NCBI GenBank assembly: GCA_965218095.1
Contig: OZ244587.1
Coordinates: 5,376,001 to 5,440,000, forward strand
Direction: 5' to 3'
DNA length: 64,000 bases
DNA from: Candidatus Poribacteria bacterium
GTDB lineage: Bacteria > Poribacteria > WGA-4E > PCPOR2b
The notes beneath the pieces were generated by a model that saw nothing but the letters and a program-made list of their open reading frames with translations, was not told where the DNA came from and searched no databases. Below are positions 32,581-42,166 of the stretch, in pieces (the stretch's first letter is position 1; each line of letters starts with the position of its first letter). The position numbers and the translations under genes are program-made.

Positions 32581-33007
32581 TGCGTAAAAAGACTGAAAGA
32601 ATGCAATGAGGCCTGAATCCTTTCATAGATCTGAACAGTACAAGGCAACGCAAAGAATTGAAACGCCAATAGGATCGGATGATGTTCTATCACTAAACCT
32701 GTGAGAAATCTACGCCGTGATTTTCTCGTGCCATGAAAACGAAAAAATGAAACCCCGATAGATCGGGGCAGAGCCTGGTTTCGCGCAGCGGACTCCGATT
32801 CTCGAACTCTCGGAACGGAGCTGTGATGCGTGAAACGTGATGCCTCCTACGCAATACGTTCTCGGCTGATGAAAGCATTACCGCCGGCGGATTTTCTCGC
32901 ACATTTAGTGATAGACATGCGTGTGGACTTCTCGCATCCATTGTGATGGAGGAATTAGACCTCATTGGGGAGCAAAGGGGATGAACCATCCCGGCGGCTC
33001 GTTGACC

Positions 33008-33640
33008 CTACCCTTTGCTCGGTTGATAGTAGGGATTCGTGCCAGCCACATGGTCAGTTGTGTCGATAATATTATTGATTTCAGGGAAGTGTTCCTGGAT
33101 CATCGCCTCGATTCCATGCTTCAAAGTGACATCTGCCATTCCACACCCCTGGCAGCCGCCCCCCATGTGGATGTAAATCGAGTCATCTGAAACGTCCAGC
33201 AGATCGATATGCCCACCGTGAGCCGCAACAGCAGGATTAATCCGGTCGTCGATGAGCTGCTGAATTGCTTGCGCTTTGGGATTATCCCAGGTCGGTGTGT
33301 TGGGATTATCAATATTAAAACCACTTGAGTTGAGGTCTTCAATATAGTCAACGGTTGCGCCCTTGAGATTTTCAGCGCTTTCCGGATCGACAAAGACTTT
33401 GAATTCGCCACAGTCGATCACGACATCGTCCGGGGAAGGTTCTATCTCAAGACCGAGACCGTACTCAAACGCTGATGCCGCGCGCCCGCTAATGCTAACT
33501 CGCAGCCCCTGAACTTCTATCTCCTGCTCCTCGATCACCGATTGAATCTTTTGTTCAGCAGCTTCGGTGACTGTAAGTAGCGGGCCCTCCTGACCTGTTT
33601 CGGGTTGTTTTGCCTTTAGTTTATTCAGTAGGTTTCTCAT
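33008..33640 (-). CDS. nfuA: Fe-S biogenesis protein NfuA (degenerate ATC + NifU C-terminal domain)
   Basis: INPAVAAHGG, GGGCQGCGMA, DTTDH..GTNPYY. Confidence 0.92.
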   Translation of the reverse strand: MRNLLNKLKAKQPETGQEGPLLTVTEAAEQKIQSVIEEQEIEVQGLRVSISGRAASAFEYGLGLEIEPSPDDVVIDCGEFKVFVDPESAENLKGATVDYIEDLNSSGFNIDNPNTPTWDNPKAQAIQQLIDDRINPAVAAHGGHIDLLDVSDDSIYIHMGGGCQGCGMADVTLKHGIEAMIQEHFPEINNIIDTTDHVAGTNPYYQPSKG

Positions 33641-33763
33641 AATCTTGCAGCAATCGCGGAAGGATGCTGCTGCCTCCTTTTGGTTTCAAGAATGGATTTG
33701 ATCTAGATTATAATCGGCGGGGTTTTAATCTGTCAGTGAACGGTTCAATGCGAAAAGGTCCTA

Positions 33764-34744
33764 CTACGCAGCCGGACGACTTGTGTGTTCCTTCGGAATA
33801 CGGAATTCGCCCGTTTCATCGTACAGCCGTTTTAGCCGATCAATTGCCTCAATTTCCAATTGTCGGATTCGCTCCCTTGTAACGTCCAGTTTCTCCCCAA
33901 TTTCACGCAGCGTTTTTTCTTCACCATCTTCAAGCCCAAAGCGCATCTTGAGGACTTCTTGCTCTCTCATTTTCAGTTTACTGAGCAGCGTATTCACTAA
34001 ATCCTGTTCAACCAAATCCACAATGGAACCGACTTCCGGGTTCGCTTGCGGGTCTTCAACCAGATCGCTCAGGGTCATGGCGCTTTTTTCATCGTTAAGC
34101 GGTAACTCAAGCGAGATCGTATCCGAATTGAGCGCCAAAATCTCTTCGATCTGTTTGTCAGTGAGTTCGAGCGCTTCCGATAGCTCTTCAATTGTTGGTT
34201 CGCGATGGAGGTCTTGGCTGAGGTGTGCATAAGCCGAATCGAATTTGCTGACTTTCGCAACGATGTATGATGGCAGACGGATTGAACGCGAGCAATTGTC
34301 GAGCGTCCTCATAATCGCCTGTCGAATCCACCAAATGGCGTAGGTGCTAAACTTAAATCCCTTTCGATAGTCAAATTTACTCGTAGCCCGCATCAACCCG
34401 ATATTTCCTTCCTGGATGAGATCCTCAAGCGGGACATTATGTCCTTGATACTTTGTTGCAACTGAAACCACTAAACGTAAGTTCGCCTGGACCAATTCAT
34501 CACGCGCACGCTCATCCCCTCGTTCAATTCGCTTGGCAAGCTTCACTTCTTGCTCCCTGGACAAAAGCCCGTGCTGTGAAACCGTATGTAGCCAACTACT
34601 TAAAGCATCGATTTGGAGCGTTGGCGTATCGTCGTCTAGCGACGTGAACCACTCTTCCCCGCCCGGATACATTTCCCTATCTTCCATCGGCGCTTCAACG
34701 ATTTCTTGATTTAGTGTTTCATCAAGCGTTTCATCTGCTGTCAT
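33764..34744 (-). CDS. RpoD/RpoS-family sigma-70 factor (group 2-like)
   Basis: NLRLVVS, DLIQEGNIGLM, KFSTYAIWWIRQAI, VTRERIRQLE. Confidence 0.95.
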   Translation of the reverse strand: MTADETLDETLNQEIVEAPMEDREMYPGGEEWFTSLDDDTPTLQIDALSSWLHTVSQHGLLSREQEVKLAKRIERGDERARDELVQANLRLVVSVATKYQGHNVPLEDLIQEGNIGLMRATSKFDYRKGFKFSTYAIWWIRQAIMRTLDNCSRSIRLPSYIVAKVSKFDSAYAHLSQDLHREPTIEELSEALELTDKQIEEILALNSDTISLELPLNDEKSAMTLSDLVEDPQANPEVGSIVDLVEQDLVNTLLSKLKMREQEVLKMRFGLEDGEEKTLREIGEKLDVTRERIRQLEIEAIDRLKRLYDETGEFRIPKEHTSRPAA

Positions 34745-34943
34745 TTGCCTCGATCTCCTGAAAGTCTGTGAAATTCCTGTGCCATAGCAAGATTTAGCAT
34801 AGAATTGATGTTATGAAAAATCGGTGGAATAATAACATTATATTTTAAGTTTTGTCAAGTAAATAACTTAAAAAACCTATTTTGACTTGTAAATGCGTTA
34901 TTTTTCTGATATAATTGGCGGGATCATCGGGGAAGGTAAAAAT

Positions 34944-35594
34944 ATGAAATCGCTACCTAAAGATACACGCGGAGAAATCGTCGATCTTCTGAAACAAAGC
35001 ACGGGTATGACTGCCGGTGAAATTGCTGGGGAATTGGATCTTCACTCCATGACTGTCCGCCAACATCTGTCTATTCTGGAACGGGAAGGCTATATTCAAC
35101 ACTGCCGTGAAAAAATCCGTCGAGGAAGACCCGTCTATGTATATAAACTCACCCGGGAAGCCAAGGAGAATCTATTTCCCAATAACTATCCACGATTTGC
35201 GCTGGGGGCCTTAGATGCCCTGGTTGTGATAGATGGAGCTGAGAAAGTCACCCAACTCCTTGAGTATCAGATGGAAGCTAAGATTGCGGCCTATTTCAAA
35301 AATATTGAGGGTAAGAGTTTAGCAGAAAAAATGAAAATACTCGCTGGGTTTTTGGATGAAGAAGGCTATGCGGTTGAGATTGAAGAAACACCGAATGCCT
35401 ATATCCTCAAAGAGCATAATTGTGCGCTCGATTCGATTGCAAAAGAATATCCCCAACTCTGTCACCTCGAATTATCACTGTTCAAGCGTTTACTCAATGT
35501 TCCGGTTGAACGAGAATGTCACATGCCTGCAGGTGATTCGCTTTGTAGTTATAAAGTCCTTAAAGTCAATACTGCCCAAGAATTAGGGGAATAG
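34944..35594 (+). CDS. SufR-like HTH transcriptional regulator
   Basis: TVRQHL, RGRP..Y.LT, EHNC...C..E...C. Confidence 0.85.
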   Translation: MKSLPKDTRGEIVDLLKQSTGMTAGEIAGELDLHSMTVRQHLSILEREGYIQHCREKIRRGRPVYVYKLTREAKENLFPNNYPRFALGALDALVVIDGAEKVTQLLEYQMEAKIAAYFKNIEGKSLAEKMKILAGFLDEEGYAVEIEETPNAYILKEHNCALDSIAKEYPQLCHLELSLFKRLLNVPVERECHMPAGDSLCSYKVLKVNTAQELGE

Positions 35595-35712
35595 GGTAGG
35601 TCATAGTGCAGACTTTATATTCACGAAGGAACGGATGAAATCTTCCTTCCATTCTTCCTTGCCTTCCGAACTCCCGTCAAGGATGATAGAAAAGTGACAT
35701 TCTGTTGCGATT

Positions 35713-36885
35713 TTATGTACTTAACGCTTTTTTAATCCGATCCAGCGCCTCGTCTAATCGCTCATCCGGCACGGTCAAGACAAGCCGAAAATACCCTTCT
35801 CCATACTCCCCGTAAGATGCTCCCGGCGCAATCACAACCGCCGCCTTTTCAAACATCAACGTTGCAAAATCAACAGAACTCATTCCATCAGGGGTTGGCA
35901 GCCAGAGGTAAAACGTCCCCTTTGGCAGTTCATAATTATCCCAGCCGAGTTTCTTAAAGGTGTCAAGGACTTTTTGACGGCGGCGGGCGTAGATGGGTAG
36001 CATTTTCTCAATGTTATACCGGCATTCTGTCAAAGCCACAATCCCGGCGTACTGAATCGCGTTGAAAATTCCTGAGTCGGTATTCCCTTTAACTTTTGCT
36101 ATCCCCGTGATGAGCTCCGCATTCCCCATCGCCATCCCAATTCGCCACCCTGTCATGTTGAACGGCTTGGATAGAGAATTGAGCTCAACGCCAACCTCCT
36201 TCGCTCCCGGTGTCGAAAGAAAACTCAATGGCTCTTCGCCATCAAAGACAATCTCGCTATAGGGATTATCATGACACACAGTGATGTCGTAAGTCCTGGC
36301 GAATTCAACCACTTCCGCGAAGAACTCGGGCGTTGCGGTCGCACCCGTTGGGTTATTGGGATGGTTCAGGAACATCGCTGTCGCCTGTTTGGCGACCTCC
36401 GACGGAATATCGGCGAGTTTGGGTAGGAAACCGTTTTCCTCCCTGATAGGAATATTGTAAGGCTCGCCCTCCGCCATGAAAATACTGGCGCGATATGCAG
36501 GATAGCCTGGGTCCGTCATCAGTACAGTTTCTCCGGGGTTCACAACAGCGAGAATAAAATGGTGGCAGCCTTCCTTGGATCCGATTAACCCAAGCACTTC
36601 ATCCTCCGGATCTAATTCAACGTTGTATCGTTGGGCATACCAATCCGCTACCGCCTTCCGAAATGCAAACATCCCTTTTTCTTCGTCCGTCGGGTAGCGG
36701 TGGTTTGCCGGGTCCGCTGCTGCCCGGCTGAGTTTGTCGATTACAGGCTGCGGTGTTGGCTCAACCGGATCGCCGATGGCGAGGCTGATGACGTCAATTC
36801 CATCAGCGATTGCCTGGTTAATTTTATTTCGGAGCTCAATAAATAGATAAGGTGGAATCCTCTTGAGTCTATTTGCAATCTGCAT
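35713..36885 (-). CDS. dapL: LL-diaminopimelate aminotransferase
   Basis: IPPYLF, IGSKEG, PNNPTG, SLSKPFNMTGWRIG. Confidence 0.88.
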   Translation of the reverse strand: MQIANRLKRIPPYLFIELRNKINQAIADGIDVISLAIGDPVEPTPQPVIDKLSRAAADPANHRYPTDEEKGMFAFRKAVADWYAQRYNVELDPEDEVLGLIGSKEGCHHFILAVVNPGETVLMTDPGYPAYRASIFMAEGEPYNIPIREENGFLPKLADIPSEVAKQATAMFLNHPNNPTGATATPEFFAEVVEFARTYDITVCHDNPYSEIVFDGEEPLSFLSTPGAKEVGVELNSLSKPFNMTGWRIGMAMGNAELITGIAKVKGNTDSGIFNAIQYAGIVALTECRYNIEKMLPIYARRRQKVLDTFKKLGWDNYELPKGTFYLWLPTPDGMSSVDFATLMFEKAAVVIAPGASYGEYGEGYFRLVLTVPDERLDEALDRIKKALST

Positions 36886-36992
36886 CTTTTCTCCTAAAGT
36901 CTTACAGTCTTTTTAACCAAAAAGCAACGTTTGATAACGTCCTTGAAAATCGGGGACATTGTATCAGAAACGTCGTTTATTTGCAAGTGTTT

Positions 36993-37727
36993 TCAAGATG
37001 ACATGAACATTCCCCCGTTGACATTGAGCGTTACCCCAGTCACATATGAACCTTCATCGGAAGCAAGGAATAGGATGGCATTTGCGACTTCCACTGATTC
37101 AGCGACTCGACCAAGCGGCATCTGCGCTGTCAGGTTAGGATGATTCTTCGTCATATCCGTTTCGGCAACGCCGGGAGCGATTGCGTTGACCGTGATGCCG
37201 TATGGTCCCAAGGCACGGGCACACGACTTGGTTAAACACATAACCCCTGCTTTGGAGGCAGAATACGGCGGAGATGCAACAAGCCCGCCCACTTGGCCCG
37301 CCAGGGAACCGAGATTGATAATCCTGCCGGACTTCTGCTCTTTCATCGTTTTCATTACAGCCTGCGAACAGAGGAAGGGGCCCTTGAGGTTGACGGCCAT
37401 CATTCGATCCCATTCTTCTTCGGTACAATCTTCGATCTGGGTGTAGGTAAAGATCCCCGCATTATTGACCAGAATATCAATCCGCCCAAAGGTGTCAAGG
37501 GTTTGTGCAACCATGGAACGGACAGAATCGCTGTTAGAGACATCGGTTTGGATGGCAAAACTCCGCACCCCAAGCGCTTCGACCTCCGCCCCAACCCCTT
37601 CAGCGGTCGTCGGGTTATGTTCTGCAATAACGATGTTTGCGCCTTCCCTTGCGAAAACAAGGCAGGTTTGTCGCCCGATGCCTTGTCCGCCGCCTGTCAC
37701 AATTGCAACCCGATCTTTTAGTCTCAT
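36993..37727 (-). CDS. SDR oxidoreductase (FabG-like)
   Basis: TGGGQGIG, NNAG, YSASK. Confidence 0.93.
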   Translation of the reverse strand: MRLKDRVAIVTGGGQGIGRQTCLVFAREGANIVIAEHNPTTAEGVGAEVEALGVRSFAIQTDVSNSDSVRSMVAQTLDTFGRIDILVNNAGIFTYTQIEDCTEEEWDRMMAVNLKGPFLCSQAVMKTMKEQKSGRIINLGSLAGQVGGLVASPPYSASKAGVMCLTKSCARALGPYGITVNAIAPGVAETDMTKNHPNLTAQMPLGRVAESVEVANAILFLASDEGSYVTGVTLNVNGGMFMSS

Positions 37728-37878
37728 TGTGCTTCCTCCTCTGTAAACCATTTTTTGTGTTGAGAATCCCAAAGGCTTGTGATAGAATACAACTACGCTG
37801 GATACCTATTATCGCAAAAAGCATCGGATAAATCAACATCAAATGAGGTTTCACGGCATTCCATCATGGAGGATTGTC

Positions 37879-38262
37879 ATGCCACAAAAAAGAATCAAAA
37901 TTACCGCTGAACCTGTTGTCATGGAAGCTGAACTAAACCAATCACAAACAACCCAGAAAATCTGGGATGCGCTGCCGATTGAAGCGCGTGGCAGTAGATG
38001 GGGAGATGAAATCTACTTCTCCATCCCTGTGGAAGCGGAGGCTGAGAACACACAGGAAGTGGTAGAATTGGGCGATCTCGCCTATTGGCCCGCCGGCACA
38101 GCGTTCTGTATTTTCTTTGGACCAACCCCGATGAGCCGAGGGGATGAAATTTGTCCCGCGAGTCCGGTCAACGTAGTCGGCAAGTTGGTCGGCGATCCAA
38201 AGGCGTTTAAACAGGTCAAAAGTGAAAGCGTTGTAAAAATCGAACAAGTTTCTGGTGAATAG
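37879..38262 (+). CDS. Cyclophilin-like fold protein (DUF369/TM1367-like)
   Basis: WGDEIYF, GDLAYWPAG, CIFFGPTP. Confidence 0.88.
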   Translation: MPQKRIKITAEPVVMEAELNQSQTTQKIWDALPIEARGSRWGDEIYFSIPVEAEAENTQEVVELGDLAYWPAGTAFCIFFGPTPMSRGDEICPASPVNVVGKLVGDPKAFKQVKSESVVKIEQVSGE

Positions 38263-38327
38263 CAAAGCACGAAGAATTTTACGCTTCACGCATCACTCGC
38301 TAAACTTATACTCAGGAGGTGAACTTT

Positions 38328-38957
38328 ATGCCACTTAGTGAAGAAGAAAAACAGGCTCTGAAAGAGAAATATAAAGAACAGCGTCAGGCAATGTGGGCGG
38401 GAGAACGTTCTACGCTACGTCCTTCAAGTGAAGATCCGGAGGAGGAATCAGACAACCAAGCAGAGCCTGTGATTTCTTCTCGCCGCGAGGCGGACGATGT
38501 AACGCTCCCAACCGATACTATGTCATCAGACTCGCAAGCTGATCCTTCACTGACAGAAGCGGCTCAGGAGCGGCCGAGCATTCAATCCGATTCGCATGCA
38601 GAAGAACAAGCGCCCGCATCCAATCTCGCGCAAGGCACCGGCGATGAGGAAAATGCTTCCCAAGCACAACAGGCGGTGGTGTCAGAAGATCCCTCGCCAA
38701 CACCCGATGAAGCTGACCGCATCAGAGAGAAGATTCGGGAGCAGAGAGAGGGGATGTGGGAGGGACAATCTTCTGTCCACTCACGTCGTACGAGAGAGCA
38801 GGGTACAGCGAGTGAAGGTGAGAGGGAATTCTGGGAAGAATCAGAGAATAAAGGAAAACCGAGTGTGTTGACATGGAAACTCGCGTTAGGCGTTGTTGGC
38901 GGAGTCATTGTCCTGATCGGTGTGGGAGTTTTGCTAGGATATTGGTTCGCCAGTTAA
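38328..38957 (+). CDS. Acidic low-complexity protein with C-terminal TM
   Basis: CAGGAGG RBS; repeated EQR..MW.G; C-terminal hydrophobic helix. Confidence 0.75.
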   Translation: MPLSEEEKQALKEKYKEQRQAMWAGERSTLRPSSEDPEEESDNQAEPVISSRREADDVTLPTDTMSSDSQADPSLTEAAQERPSIQSDSHAEEQAPASNLAQGTGDEENASQAQQAVVSEDPSPTPDEADRIREKIREQREGMWEGQSSVHSRRTREQGTASEGEREFWEESENKGKPSVLTWKLALGVVGGVIVLIGVGVLLGYWFAS

Positions 38958-39007
38958 TCTCTCAACGCTCATTTCGTAGTTGTATACGAATGGAGATGCT
39001 GGTATTA

Positions 39008-39090
39008 TGCGGAAAAGTCACGATCACAATCAACGAGCAAGTCTACGAAGGTCTACACCGGGTTATAGGCAGCCGTCATATCGGCGCGAG
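39008..39090 (+). pseudogene. Antitoxin fragment
   Basis: KVTITINEQVYEGLHRVIGSRHI. Confidence 0.5.
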
Positions 39091-39104
39091 GAGGAACGAG
39101 AATT

Positions 39105-39541
39105 ATGGCATTATTGACAATTCAGACGACAAACGCCAAAGCCGCGGTACATCTTATTCAATCGGCTTTCACGAAAAAGGCTGCTTTCCTGTGTTTAGGA
39201 ATCGAAAAAACCAAAGCGCGGATTGCTCACTTTGAAGAAAAATATGGTTGTTCGTTGCAAGAATTAAGCAATTTTCAAAAAGAAAGTAATGGTTTGTAGT
39301 GAGGTCTCTAGCGTAGCGAGATCCCGTATAGCGGGACGATTCATCACCATCTCAAACGCGTAATTCATTGCGCTACTACAAACAGAATGTATAGTTTAAT
39401 CCTGAAAATTACTTAATCGCCTCCGCCACAGAAATCGACGGCTTTGATCTGGTGGAATGGGAAGGTAAAACCGAAGTCCTATGCCGTTTGAACGACAAGT
39501 TGAAACAGAACCGGTTGAAACTTTTCACGCTTACAGATTGA
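39105..39541 (+). pseudogene. Antitoxin-like gene split by a MITE
   Basis: Removing the MITE plus one TTAA restores FEEKYGCSLQELIASATEIDGFDLVEWEG...LTD*. Confidence 0.75.
39264..39416. mobile_element. MITE with TTAA ends enclosing a REP-like pair
   Basis: TTAAGCAATTTTCA ... TGAAAATTACTTAA; internal TTTGTAGTGAG ... CGCTACTACAAA. Confidence 0.8.
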
Positions 39542-39656
39542 TGAATTGAAGATACATAATTTTAACTCAAGTCGCCACTTATAGGGTAGGCACCAACTTG
39601 GGTGAATGAGAGGTAAAGCGAGAAAATCACCGCTCGCAGAGGTTCGCTAGGTAAAC

Positions 39657-39684
39657 GTAGGGAACGCAGATCTGCGTTCCCTAC
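39657..39684. repeat. REP-like perfect palindrome
   Basis: GTAGGGAACGCAGATCTGCGTTCCCTAC. Confidence 0.8.
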
Positions 39685-40149
39685 CGTGCGCTCACCCCAA
39701 GTGGATTGACAAATCCACTACACATGCACAGAGATGGCTTGGATATGTCTATCCAAGCCGAGCGGGGGTAATAAATAGCACGCAACGCAGCACACCAAAA
39801 AAGATGCAAAATACTCTAATTTCCAATAGGTAGCAACTTAGGTTAATTTTATTGGTTTTCCACTAAGGATGAGAAAACCAGTCCTGATAGAATCGGGACA
39901 CAAAGTATCAGGGTTAATTTCCTGTAGTTGGGGTTATGGCGTCCAAATACCTGACACGGTGGCATTACATTGCTTGGTGAATTGAACCAGATACTTTCGC
40001 CCCGCGTTCCGGGTATCTTGTCAAATTCAATTGGCACTTGTGTAAGTCTGTCCCGATATAATCGGGAAATTCAAGAATCTCAATGCTTTAGCTTTGGGAG
40101 TATGTCAAAGGCCAGTCGTGTACTTATCGAGAAGGGGCAGATAGATTTC

Positions 40150-40608
40150 ATGAAATCTTTATTCCACACGCTCAGCAAAACAGCTATCCTATTGGTTTGG
40201 CTATTCATCAGCATTTTCGCAAGCCAGGGATCGCTGCCGACCATGGTGCTTTGCATCGGTGCAGATGGTCATGTGGACATCGAAGCGGCGCACAATAGAC
40301 GGTGCGCTTCTTTTCTGACAGCGATGCAGCAGAAATCTTCCGATTTCCTGCCGGTGTATCAGACACCCCCGATTCAGGCTCACTGCGGGCGATGTTTAGA
40401 CTTGCCTATTTTTATGTTGAGTGCTGAGGGACCGTATATTGTTCCGATCCAAAAGAACGCACCGCAGTTTAACACACTGGTGATTACGCTGCTCCCAGTC
40501 ACTCAACTCATTTTAACTTCAATCCCAACTGATATTTCCCTTCCCAATTCCCAACCAAGAGCCAATTCCACACTCGCTTCCCTTCGTACCGTTACCCTTC
40601 TGATCTAG
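40150..40608 (+). CDS. Hypothetical Cys/His protein upstream of czc operon
   Basis: VLCIGADGH, HCGRCLDLP, SLRTVTLLI; typical of leaders of metal RND operons. Confidence 0.65.
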   Translation: MKSLFHTLSKTAILLVWLFISIFASQGSLPTMVLCIGADGHVDIEAAHNRRCASFLTAMQQKSSDFLPVYQTPPIQAHCGRCLDLPIFMLSAEGPYIVPIQKNAPQFNTLVITLLPVTQLILTSIPTDISLPNSQPRANSTLASLRTVTLLI

Positions 40609-40716
40609 ATCTTCCGAAATTCACGACAGATTCTAAAGTACGGGTGAATTGTACCTGTATGTTGTTCAATTCGTAAACTCACCCAATATTTCATTGCATG
40701 TATTTCGGAGGAGGCT

Positions 40717-42069
40717 ATGCGACAAAAAACCATCATGCCCCTTGGCATCACGCTGCTGATTTTACTCATCGGCTGCGGTGGTCACCAAGCGGATGTGGCT
40801 TGGCAAGAAGCCCGTCCTTTGGGCAGAGACCTAACAACCTCAAAACCCTCAATTCACCCCCCAACGGCTGAAAAATCGCCCCAATTCCAAGAGCCAACGG
40901 GGACAACTAATCTACGCCAAGCCCTCGCGCTGGCACTGACGCACAATCCCGACTTGAAAGCCTTCTCTTGGGCTGTCCGTGCCGGAGAAGCCAAAACACT
41001 CCAAGCCGGACTTCGTCCGAACCCGGAGTTAGAAACTAAAATCAAGGAATTCGGTGGGTCGGGTGCCCTTAGCGGTTTCAGCGCAATTGAAACAGCGATT
41101 CAACTCAGCACCCTGATTGAACTCGGTGGGGTGCGCGGCAAACAGAGACAGGTCGCTGCCCTTGAGACGGAACTCGCCGGTTGGGACTACGAAACGGCGC
41201 GTCTCGATGTGCTGACCCAAGTGAACCAAGCCTTCATTGATGTTCTTGCGGCACAAGAGGCGGTCGCTTTGAACGAGGAATTGGTTCGACTGGCGGAACA
41301 GGTTTTCAACACCGTCAAGGCACAGATCGAGGCGGGAAAGGTTTCGCCTGTTGAAGGCACACGAGCTCAAGTTGAACTTGTAAACAGTCGAATAGTCCTT
41401 GAGGGTTCAAGACACGGGCTTGAGGCGGCACGTTTTGCGTTGGCTGCCACTTGGGGGAGCACATCACCAACATTTGAAAGGGTAGAAGGTCAGCTTGAAA
41501 TGACTAACCCCATTCCAACAGCCGGACAGTTGGCAAATCGGCTTTCGCAGCACCCGAACATCGCACGTTGGACGGTTGAGATGGCGCACCGTCGTGCGGT
41601 GATTAAGCTGGAAAAATCAGGGTGCCTCCCTGACCTGTCCATCGGTAGTGGGATGAAGTACCTCAACGAGAGCGATGATGTCGCATTTATCTTCGGGTTA
41701 TCCCTTCCGCTCCCACTTTTTGATCGGAATCAAGGGGCGATTCGTGAAGCTGAATACAACCTCGCAAAGGCGTTTGAGGAACGTAAATCGGCGGAAGTTG
41801 CCGTTCGCACGGCACTCGCGACTGTGTATGGTGTGCTCTCTGCCGCCGCAACTACCGTCACGGTCCTAGAAGACGAAGTGTTGCCGAGTGCGCAAAGTGC
41901 GTTCGATGCCGTAACCGAAGGGTATCGTATCGGCAAATTCGACTTTTTGGAAATGCTCGATGCCCAACGAACCCTCTTTGATGTGAGAGGTTCGTACATC
42001 GATGCTTTGACGAAATACCACAAAGCCGTTGCCGACGTGGAACGGTTGATTGGAGAACCCCTTCGATGA
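40717..42069 (+). CDS. czcC: CzcC/TolC outer membrane efflux protein
   Basis: QAGLRPNP, LPLPLFDRNQG, GYRIGKFDFLEMLDAQR. Confidence 0.9.
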   Translation: MRQKTIMPLGITLLILLIGCGGHQADVAWQEARPLGRDLTTSKPSIHPPTAEKSPQFQEPTGTTNLRQALALALTHNPDLKAFSWAVRAGEAKTLQAGLRPNPELETKIKEFGGSGALSGFSAIETAIQLSTLIELGGVRGKQRQVAALETELAGWDYETARLDVLTQVNQAFIDVLAAQEAVALNEELVRLAEQVFNTVKAQIEAGKVSPVEGTRAQVELVNSRIVLEGSRHGLEAARFALAATWGSTSPTFERVEGQLEMTNPIPTAGQLANRLSQHPNIARWTVEMAHRRAVIKLEKSGCLPDLSIGSGMKYLNESDDVAFIFGLSLPLPLFDRNQGAIREAEYNLAKAFEERKSAEVAVRTALATVYGVLSAAATTVTVLEDEVLPSAQSAFDAVTEGYRIGKFDFLEMLDAQRTLFDVRGSYIDALTKYHKAVADVERLIGEPLR

Positions 42070-42166
42070 GTAGGTGGGGGAGCGAGTACAGGAGGTAGAC
42101 GTTTGGGTTACTTACACAGATACACCCCGATTCGAACACTCTCATATTTTCAAAGGAGATGATTTG

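Noticed and set aside
39720-40150. Metal-sensing riboswitch upstream of the czc operon
   Set aside because: Hairpins are present but I could not recognise a NiCo consensus; a covariance-model search is needed.
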